Assembly (NCBI GenBank): GCA_963740355.1
Contig: CAVUDW010000002.1
Span: 2,048,001-2,112,000, forward strand
Length of the DNA stretch: 64,000 nucleotides
Direction: 5' to 3'
DNA from: an uncultured Gemmatimonadaceae bacterium
GTDB taxonomy: Bacteria; Gemmatimonadota; Gemmatimonadetes; Gemmatimonadales; Gemmatimonadaceae
Shown piece after piece: positions 56,931 through 64,000 of the stretch; position 1 is the first letter of the stretch; every line of letters begins with the position of its first letter. The notes below the pieces were generated by a model. The model worked only from the letters and a program-made list of their open reading frames with translations, had not been told where the DNA came from and did no database searches. The translations under genes and the position numbers were made by a program.

Positions 56931-57392
56931 ATGTTGAGCGACTCTGCCCTCAGGGCGCTGAAGGTGCTGCATGTGTTAGCCGCAATCCTTTTCGTCGGCA
57001 ATGTGATCGTGACCGGCGTCTGGAGCGCGCTGATGTATCGCGAACGGCGGCACGCCGACTTTCGCCTCGCCGCGCGTGCAATCGTCGTCACCGACTGGGT
57101 CTTCACGCTTGGCGGTGCGATCCTGCTCGTATCGACCGGCGTTGTGCTGGCAGTCGGGCGCGGCTTTCCGATGTGGGAAACCCGCTGGATTCGCGAAGCG
57201 ATGATCGGGTTGTTGCTCTCCACGGCGGTCTGGTTGGTGGTGCTGGTGCCGGCTCAGCGCCAGCTGCTGCGCATCGCCCCGGAGCAGGAGGTGCTGCTGC
57301 AGCGCACCTACCAGCGCTGGAATGGCGCCGGCTGGCTGGCGGCGGTGCCGCTGCTCTGGTCGCTCTGGTGCATGGTGTACAAGCCGGCCTGA
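56931..57392 (+). CDS. DUF2269 family membrane protein
   Basis: 'LKVLHVLAAILFVG', 'DWVFT', 'MVYKP' C-terminus. Confidence 0.85.
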   Translation: MLSDSALRALKVLHVLAAILFVGNVIVTGVWSALMYRERRHADFRLAARAIVVTDWVFTLGGAILLVSTGVVLAVGRGFPMWETRWIREAMIGLLLSTAVWLVVLVPAQRQLLRIAPEQEVLLQRTYQRWNGAGWLAAVPLLWSLWCMVYKPA

Positions 57393-57512
57393 CGCCGCGG
57401 CAGGCACAACGAAGCAGTCGCCGGGAGCGTTCTCCGGGCACAATCGCCGTGGCGCGTGGGCCGTCGGCCCGCCCCTGCGGGATGCCCGACCTCTTTCCCC
57501 ACGGATTTCCCC

Positions 57513-59654
57513 ATGAAGCACACCTGGTTGGCTGGTGTGGCATTGGCCGCAGCGGCCAGCGCCTCACTGCATGCGCAGGAGCGCGAGGACCGTACGCTCC
57601 TCACGCAGGCCGAGATGACCGCGATCATCAACGAAGTCTCCGGCGAGCGCGCCATGCATCACCTGCTCGAACTCGTTCCCTATCAGCGCGTGCGGCCGCC
57701 AGAGGAGTACAGCGGACCGTTTCGCGAGAGCCGCGTGATCGCTGACTTCGCGAAGGCCTACGGGTTCAGCAACGTCAAGACCGTCGTGTATCAACAGGGC
57801 CAGTCTGCGCCGCAGCCCTCACAGGGCGAGCTCTGGATGACCACACCGAAGAGTGTGAAGCTCTTCGACATCCATGACATCCCTCTCGCGCTTGTGTCCT
57901 TGAACGCCAATGGCGACATCAGCGGCGACTTGATCGACGTCGGGCCGGGCCGCCCGGCAGACTTCGAGGGCAAGGATGTGAAGGGCAAGTTCGTGCTCAC
58001 TTCGGGCGCCACCGCCTCCGTCTTCCAGACGGCGACGCAGCAGGGTGCACTCGGCGTGCTCGGCGTGAGCGCGATCGGCTACCAGCGCAGCGTCGACTTC
58101 CCGAACCAGATCGTGTCGTCCACCGCACTGGCACAGCCCGGAACCGTGGCCTGGTCGGTCACGCCCGAGGTTCGCAGCAATCTCTCGGCGCTGCTCGTGC
58201 GCGGCGAGAAGATCACGATCCGCTCGATCACCAAGAGCGCGATGGTGCCGACCAAGGCGGAGTATGTCGTGGCCGAAATTCCCGGCGACGGCAGCACCAC
58301 GCAGGAAGTGGCGATCAGCGGCCATCTGTACGAGGGGCTGATCAAGCAGGGCGCCAACGACGACAACTCCGGCTGCGCACTGATCCTCGAAATCGGCCGC
58401 GCCTACATCAAGTTGATCGCGGAGGGCAAGCTGCCGCGTCCGAAGCGCACCATCAACTTCCTCTTCGTGCCAGAGATTGCGGGTACCAGCGCGTACCTGG
58501 CGGCGAACCCGGACAAGAAGGCGAAGATCATCGGCACGCTGAACTTCGACATGGAAGGCATTCGCGTGTCGCAGAGCCGCTCGTTCTGGGTCCTGCAGCG
58601 CACGCCGGACACCTTCCCGAGTTACCTCAACGACATCGCGCAGAGCATGATGGAGTACGTCGCCGACATCTCGCGTGAGCGGGTGCGGTTCCGTCGTTCG
58701 CTGAGCGGCTATGCGCCGACGCAGCCAGTCGAGTCACCGCGCGGCAGCAAGGATGCTTTCTACATCAAGATCGACAAGCACTACGGGTCGAGCGATCACG
58801 TGGTGTACCTGGCCAATGGCATCCCGGCCGTGATGTTCATCACCTGGCCGGACATGTGGTACCACTCGTCGGAGGACACCCCGGACAAGCAGGACCCGAC
58901 GCAATACAAGCGTGCGGCCGCCGTCGGGCTGGGCAGCCTGGCCGTGATCTCGCGCGGCACCGACGACGTCGCGGCACGTGTCGTGAACGACAACCTGGGT
59001 CGCGGACTCTCGCGCATGGGTGAGTCGCACACGAAAGGACTCGGCTACATGGCGGATGCCTCCGATGCCACCTCGCTGATGACCGCGTACAAGGAAGCGC
59101 GCAATGCCATCCGTCATCAGGCGGAGATCGAGAAGGCGGTCGTGCGATCTGCCGGCGTGCTCTGGACCGATACGGCGCTTGGCCGACGTCGCACGGTGGC
59201 GTTCGAGCCGCTGATCGACTCGCGGGCCGGCGCGCTGGTGAACGAAGTGCGTGCGGCGTACCAGTTGCAGGCGATGCAGCGAAACATTCCGGCGGCCGAG
59301 CCGGTGGTGACGGCCGAGGAGCGTGAGGCCGCCACGCTGGTCGTCGAGCAGGTGGGCAGCACGGCACCTGCAGGTGTTCCAGGTGCGGGCGGCGGCGGCG
59401 GTGGCGGTGGTGGTCAGCGTCCGCCGGCACCGGCAGCCACGCCAGCGGGTGGTCGCGCCGCCGCGCCGGCTGGCTTCCCTGATGAGTTCAACGCTGAATT
59501 CACGATCCTGCTGCGCAAGAACATGACGGTGGCGCAGATCCGGGATTTCCTCTCCGGTGAATTCACGCCGCTGCCGCTGGCCGATGTTTTGGCCGTGCTG
59601 CGCAACCGCGAAGCTCGCGGTCAGATCAAGTTGGTCCCCAAGGCCAAGCGCTGA
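57513..59654 (+). CDS. Secreted M28 family peptidase with a PA domain
   Basis: 'SGHLYE', 'GANDDNSG', 'VPEIAG', 'NFDM', 'SSDH', 'YHSSEDTPD'. Confidence 0.88.
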   Translation: MKHTWLAGVALAAAASASLHAQEREDRTLLTQAEMTAIINEVSGERAMHHLLELVPYQRVRPPEEYSGPFRESRVIADFAKAYGFSNVKTVVYQQGQSAPQPSQGELWMTTPKSVKLFDIHDIPLALVSLNANGDISGDLIDVGPGRPADFEGKDVKGKFVLTSGATASVFQTATQQGALGVLGVSAIGYQRSVDFPNQIVSSTALAQPGTVAWSVTPEVRSNLSALLVRGEKITIRSITKSAMVPTKAEYVVAEIPGDGSTTQEVAISGHLYEGLIKQGANDDNSGCALILEIGRAYIKLIAEGKLPRPKRTINFLFVPEIAGTSAYLAANPDKKAKIIGTLNFDMEGIRVSQSRSFWVLQRTPDTFPSYLNDIAQSMMEYVADISRERVRFRRSLSGYAPTQPVESPRGSKDAFYIKIDKHYGSSDHVVYLANGIPAVMFITWPDMWYHSSEDTPDKQDPTQYKRAAAVGLGSLAVISRGTDDVAARVVNDNLGRGLSRMGESHTKGLGYMADASDATSLMTAYKEARNAIRHQAEIEKAVVRSAGVLWTDTALGRRRTVAFEPLIDSRAGALVNEVRAAYQLQAMQRNIPAAEPVVTAEEREAATLVVEQVGSTAPAGVPGAGGGGGGGGGQRPPAPAATPAGGRAAAPAGFPDEFNAEFTILLRKNMTVAQIRDFLSGEFTPLPLADVLAVLRNREARGQIKLVPKAKR

Positions 59655-59714
59655 GAAACGCCCGCGGCAGTGGGATGGGCCACGGCTCGTCCCACTGCTG
59701 CAGGCAAGTCTCGA

Positions 59715-61349
59715 TCAGTCCAGTTTCGCCCGGGTGTGGAGCGCTACGGCGCTCCGCCTCGTGAGCGAAATGCTGGCGGTGCCATCCGAGCCGACCACGA
59801 TCGCAGCACCTGTGCAACTGGCCGCCGTTCCCCCCGATGCTGGTGTGAACTGGAACTGTGCAACATTGCAGTAGCGACCAGCGGGCAGCCGCGTTGGCAG
59901 CACCGTCGTGCCCGCGGTGGCACTGGTGCTCATGGCAAGAAAGCCAGCACCGTCGCGGCATAGTGCAATGCGATCGGCGTCGGAGTCGATCTTCCAGTCA
60001 CCACGACCACAATCGGTGGTCGGCGTTCCCGCCGCGGCCTTCCTGAACGTCACCATGTTCGCGACCGCCGGTCGGCGGTGTTCGCAAATCCACTCTGCCA
60101 GCTGTTGCGCGCCGTAGGTCACGGTGCACTTGCTCGATCCATCAGGATTGAAGCTGCTGAGCGTCGTGCCGTTGGCGTCGGACGGTGGTCCGGCATCCTT
60201 CGCCAGCTGTGCCGATCGATCGAAGCCGTAGCTCGACATGAGGCTCGGATACCCCTGCCCAATGGCAAGCATCAGGATCTGCGCCAGTTCGTACGTCGAG
60301 TCGGCATAGAACAGGGCCGAAGAACGCTGGGTGTCGTGATTGTCAATGAACACCACACTCTTGTCCGACGGCAGCAACTGCGTCGCGATTGCATTGACGG
60401 CGCCCCACAACGTGAAGCTGTTGCGGCCGTAGAACGCGTCGCTGACCCGATTGCCGTACGTGAAATCGGTGATGTCGGTCGATCCGCCCGACGCATATCC
60501 GACACCGTAGTACTGCTGTGGTGTCACGGCATCACCGCTGCCCGCGATGATCTCGAGGAAGACATACGGCTTGGCCCGACCCGCCGCCGCGGCGGCGTTG
60601 TTCACGCGGGTGAAGATCGCCTCGAGGTCTGCGGGGGCGACGTGCTTGGCGGCATCGACACGAAATCCACGGATGCCGATCTCATTGAGCGAGATCAGGT
60701 ATCGAGCGATGCGCCCGCGTACGGTGTCCGACGATGTCTCGAGGTCGGCGAGCCCGACCAGCTCGCAATTCTGTACCTGCGAAGCCACCGCGTACGAGTC
60801 GATGTTGCAGGGCGCGTGAAAATCCAGCTGCGTGTAGGGCACCGAGGGATAGCTGTACTTCGTATAGACCGTGCCGGCGCTCCCGGTACCACTGCCGGCC
60901 GTCATGTGGTTGATCACGACGTCGGCGTAGATGTCCACTCCCACCGCCTTGCAACGGGCGACCATGTCGGACAGTTCAGCCGCCGTGCCGGAGCGCGACT
61001 GATCGAGCTTGTAGCTGACCGTCTGGTAGCGCTGCCACCACGGGAAGAAGGCGCCCGCGTTGCGGACGATTGCATGCTCCGACGGCGGCGAAATCTGGAC
61101 GCCCTTGAAGCCCTTGGGCCCGAGATACACCTCGCATTCCTTCGCAATGTCGGCCCATCGCCATTCGAAGAGGTGCACGAAGACATCGCCGGCTGCCGCC
61201 CTCCCGCTCGACACATAGGTCTGGCCGAGCACCGGCGGTTGCACCACCGGCGGGATTGGCGTTGGGACGATTGTCGGCTCGGAGCTGCCACCACAGGCGG
61301 CCAGCAGGACCATCAGGGCGACCAGGCCGCCGGAAGACACACGATTCAT
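59715..61349 (-). CDS. GH13 alpha-amylase lipoprotein (animal/actinomycete-like)
   Basis: Lipobox LAAC; 'VHLFEW', 'QISPP', 'WWQRYQ', 'DVVINHM', 'GFRVDAAKH', 'FLE', 'FIDNHD', 'WICEHR'. Confidence 0.92.
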   Translation of the reverse strand: MNRVSSGGLVALMVLLAACGGSSEPTIVPTPIPPVVQPPVLGQTYVSSGRAAAGDVFVHLFEWRWADIAKECEVYLGPKGFKGVQISPPSEHAIVRNAGAFFPWWQRYQTVSYKLDQSRSGTAAELSDMVARCKAVGVDIYADVVINHMTAGSGTGSAGTVYTKYSYPSVPYTQLDFHAPCNIDSYAVASQVQNCELVGLADLETSSDTVRGRIARYLISLNEIGIRGFRVDAAKHVAPADLEAIFTRVNNAAAAAGRAKPYVFLEIIAGSGDAVTPQQYYGVGYASGGSTDITDFTYGNRVSDAFYGRNSFTLWGAVNAIATQLLPSDKSVVFIDNHDTQRSSALFYADSTYELAQILMLAIGQGYPSLMSSYGFDRSAQLAKDAGPPSDANGTTLSSFNPDGSSKCTVTYGAQQLAEWICEHRRPAVANMVTFRKAAAGTPTTDCGRGDWKIDSDADRIALCRDGAGFLAMSTSATAGTTVLPTRLPAGRYCNVAQFQFTPASGGTAASCTGAAIVVGSDGTASISLTRRSAVALHTRAKLD

Positions 61350-61436
61350 GACGCGAACGAACATCGTCCGCGCAGCGGGCGTCAAGGCAAGCCCGTCCAC
61401 TGGCGCGACCACCGCGGTGCTCGGTAGCCTTCTGGC

Positions 61437-62252
61437 ATGACGACGCTTGCGGCAATCCAGATGGTCTCGACCGGCGATGTGGCGGAGAACCTGGCCACGG
61501 CCGGTCGGCTGATCGGCGACGCCGCTGCTGCCGGCGCGGATTTTGTATCGCTCCCGGAATATTTCTGCCTGATCGGAAACGGCGACGCCGACCGCCTGCG
61601 CATCGGCGAAGCCGCGGGCGACGGGCCGATCCAGCAGTTCCTGTCGGATGCCGCACGTCAGCACGGGCTCTGGCTCCTCGGCGGCACGGTGCCGATTCGC
61701 ACGCCCTCCGGCACACGTGTCAGGAATGCGAGCTGTGTGTTTGCGCCGGATGGGTCGCTCGCGGCGCGATACGACAAGATCCATCTCTTCGCGTTCGACA
61801 ACGGCCGCGAGGCGTATGATGAAGGCACGGTCCTCGAGGCGGGTGATAGCCCCGTCTCCGTGCGCGCCGCAGGCCTGCGGGTCGGATTGAGTGTGTGCTA
61901 CGACATCCGGTTCCCGGAGCTGTATCGGGCGCTCACTTTCGAAGCCGGGGAAGCGCCGCTCGACCTGATCTGTGCGCCGTCGGCGTTCACGCACTCCACG
62001 GGTTCGAAGCACTGGGAACTCCTGTTGCGGGCGCGCGCGGTCGAGAACCAGTGTTACCTGATGGCGTCGGCCCAGGGCGGTGTGCACCCGAACGGCAAGC
62101 GCACGTGGGGCCACTCCATGGTGATCGATCCCTGGGGAGAAATCCTCGCCTGTGTGGATGAAGGGGAGGGCATTGCCATGGCCACCCTCGATGCTGACCG
62201 CCTCGCCGCCGTCCGGGCACAGCTCCCGGCCCTCGGCCACCGGAAGCTCTGA
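61437..62252 (+). CDS. Carbon-nitrogen hydrolase (Nit1-like)
   Basis: Catalytic Glu-Lys-Cys in 'LPEYF', 'YDKIHLF', 'VCYDIRFPE'; 'RARAVENQ'. Confidence 0.93.
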   Translation: MTTLAAIQMVSTGDVAENLATAGRLIGDAAAAGADFVSLPEYFCLIGNGDADRLRIGEAAGDGPIQQFLSDAARQHGLWLLGGTVPIRTPSGTRVRNASCVFAPDGSLAARYDKIHLFAFDNGREAYDEGTVLEAGDSPVSVRAAGLRVGLSVCYDIRFPELYRALTFEAGEAPLDLICAPSAFTHSTGSKHWELLLRARAVENQCYLMASAQGGVHPNGKRTWGHSMVIDPWGEILACVDEGEGIAMATLDADRLAAVRAQLPALGHRKL

Positions 62253-62315
62253 GCGCCTCCTGATGTTTCTGCGCCAGCCGCAGGTGCCGTTCAACTGGCC
62301 GCGTAGATTTGTCGG

Positions 62316-63890
62316 ATGCAGTCAAAGCTGAATTTCGACAACCGATTCGTCCGTGAGCTCCCCGGCGATCCCGACACCACTGATTCGCGCCGGCAAGTGC
62401 TGCACGCCTGTTGGAGCTGCGCCAGCCCGACGCCTGTAGCAGCACCACGGCTCATTGCACACGCCCGTGAAGTTGCGGCGCTGCTCGGCCTCTCCGATGA
62501 TGACGTGCGGTCGCCGGCCTTCGCGGAGGTGTTCGGGGGCAATGGCCTGATGGATGGCATGCAGCCCTACGCGGCCTGCTACGGCGGCCATCAGTTCGGA
62601 CACTGGGCGGGCCAGCTGGGTGACGGGCGCGCGATCACACTTGGCGAGACGGTGAACGCTGCCGGAGAGCGGTGGGAGTTGCAGCTGAAGGGCGCTGGCC
62701 CCACGCCGTATTCGCGCACGGCTGACGGGCGTGCGGTGCTGCGCTCCTCCATTCGCGAGTTTCTCTGCAGCGAAGCGATGTATCATCTCGGCGTGCCGAC
62801 CACACGAGCGCTGTCGCTGGTGGCCACGGGTGATGCGGTGCTTCGCGACATGTTCTACAACGGTGATGCGAAGCTCGAGCCAGGAGCCGTCGTCTGTCGC
62901 GTCGCACCGAGCTTTGTGCGTTTCGGGAACTTCGAGATCCTCACCGCCCGTGACGACAAGCCACTGCTCGAGAGGCTGGTGGACTTCACCATTGCGCGTG
63001 ACTTTCCGCACCTCGATGGACCACCGGCAGAACGGCGTACGCGGTGGTTCCACGAGGTATGCGAACGCACCGCGGTGATGATCGTCCACTGGATGCGCGT
63101 CGGCTTCGTGCATGGCGTGATGAATACCGACAACATGTCGATTCTCGGCCTCACGATCGACTACGGTCCGTACGGGTGGCTGGACAACTACGATCCGGAG
63201 TGGACTCCGAATACGACCGATGCTGGCGGACGCCGCTATCGATATGGACAACAGCCAGCCGTGGCGCAGTGGAACCTGGTGCAGCTCGCGACGGCGATCG
63301 CGCCGCTCTTCGACGGCACCGAGGAACTGCAGCAGGGGCTGAATCACTATGTCGCGGTCTACCGCCGTGAATTCGAGGCGATGACCTGCGCCAAGTTCGG
63401 ATTCGTGGCCAGCAATGACGCCGTGCAGGAACTGATGGCCGAGGCCTACGCCTTGCTGGTCGAATGTGAGTTGGACTACACGCGATTTTTCCGCGCACTC
63501 GGTGACTTGCCCGACTCACTGCCTGCCGATTCGCCGGTCGTGCCGCTCCTCGGTGACATCTACTACGATGACGCGCGCCTCGCGCTGCATGGCGCAGCAT
63601 TGGACGCGTGGATCCGTCGCTGGCATGCCTCGCTCGACCCCGCGACCGATACACATGCCGCCCGACGCGCGCGCATGCACGCCGTCAATCCGCGCTACGT
63701 CTTCCGCAACTATCTCGCGCAGCAGGCCATCGATCTGGCAGAGTCGGGCGACGACTCGATGATCCACGAACTGCTCGACGTCCTGCGCCGGCCGTACGAC
63801 GAACAACCTGGCCGCGATGCCTTTGCGGAACGCCGACCCGACTGGGCGCGCAACAAGGCCGGCTGCTCGATGCTGTCATGCAGCTCGTGA
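62316..63890 (+). CDS. selO: Protein adenylyltransferase SelO (YdiU)
   Basis: '[17 protein letters not shown]', '[12 protein letters not shown]', 'HGVMNTDN', 'IDYGPYG', C-terminal 'GCSMLSCSS'. Confidence 0.95.
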   Translation: MQSKLNFDNRFVRELPGDPDTTDSRRQVLHACWSCASPTPVAAPRLIAHAREVAALLGLSDDDVRSPAFAEVFGGNGLMDGMQPYAACYGGHQFGHWAGQLGDGRAITLGETVNAAGERWELQLKGAGPTPYSRTADGRAVLRSSIREFLCSEAMYHLGVPTTRALSLVATGDAVLRDMFYNGDAKLEPGAVVCRVAPSFVRFGNFEILTARDDKPLLERLVDFTIARDFPHLDGPPAERRTRWFHEVCERTAVMIVHWMRVGFVHGVMNTDNMSILGLTIDYGPYGWLDNYDPEWTPNTTDAGGRRYRYGQQPAVAQWNLVQLATAIAPLFDGTEELQQGLNHYVAVYRREFEAMTCAKFGFVASNDAVQELMAEAYALLVECELDYTRFFRALGDLPDSLPADSPVVPLLGDIYYDDARLALHGAALDAWIRRWHASLDPATDTHAARRARMHAVNPRYVFRNYLAQQAIDLAESGDDSMIHELLDVLRRPYDEQPGRDAFAERRPDWARNKAGCSMLSCSS

Positions 63891-63925
63891 CATTCGACTG
63901 ACGACCAGAGCGCTCGCCAGAAGCC

Positions 63926-63960
63926 AGAAGGGGCGCCACATCACTGCGGCGCCCCTTCTG
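63926..63960 (+). terminator. Hairpin terminator after selO
   Basis: cagaaggggcgcc/ggcgccccttctg stem. Confidence 0.6.
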
Positions 63961-64000
63961 ACTTCGTACGGATGCGTCGTGGTCAGAGCTCGGCGTCGGC

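Noticed and set aside
63860..63960. Selenocysteine read-through in selO
   Set aside because: The Sec-equivalent position is already Cys (CSS) and the TGA follows it, so it is the normal stop.

Overview
GC-rich bacterial chromosomal window. The gene repertoire (SusC/SusD, VPS10/BNR protein, DUF5916, Gly-rich M28 peptidase, tilS-hpt-ftsH-folP) is typical of Gemmatimonadota; this taxon call is an inference. I can support about 50 CDS and found no rRNA, tRNA or CRISPR array. Housekeeping and metabolic content: a partial P2-type ATPase, gdhA, apaG, RidA, glnK-amtB, tilS-hpt-ftsH-folP, a PAS hybrid kinase, M20/M28 peptidases, an OprB porin, a GH13 amylase, a nitrilase and selO. Five regions stand out. 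(1) 18.1-22.6 kb: four tandem Tat-exported Rieske [2Fe-2S] proteins, each with an N-terminal CxxC before the RR motif. They follow a 4-His cytochrome-b-like membrane protein, with two sigma-54-type promoters and a shared palindrome. One Rieske gene has a 56-unit Thr-Pro microsatellite with a +1 frameshift. (2) A GxxExxY nuclease gene bracketed by 39-bp inverted repeats, and an 'empty' copy of the same ends about 8.5 kb away. (3) An ECF sigma factor operon with CBM48 (glycogen-binding) partner proteins, divergent from susC/susD. (4) A GGA-rich multi-helix candidate ncRNA at about 32.8-33.0 kb. (5) Unannotated small ORFs, including a 20-aa ORF whose Shine-Dalgarno sequence is an 11-nt exact complement of the 16S 3' end. 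All family calls come from motif recognition by eye; no database searches were run.
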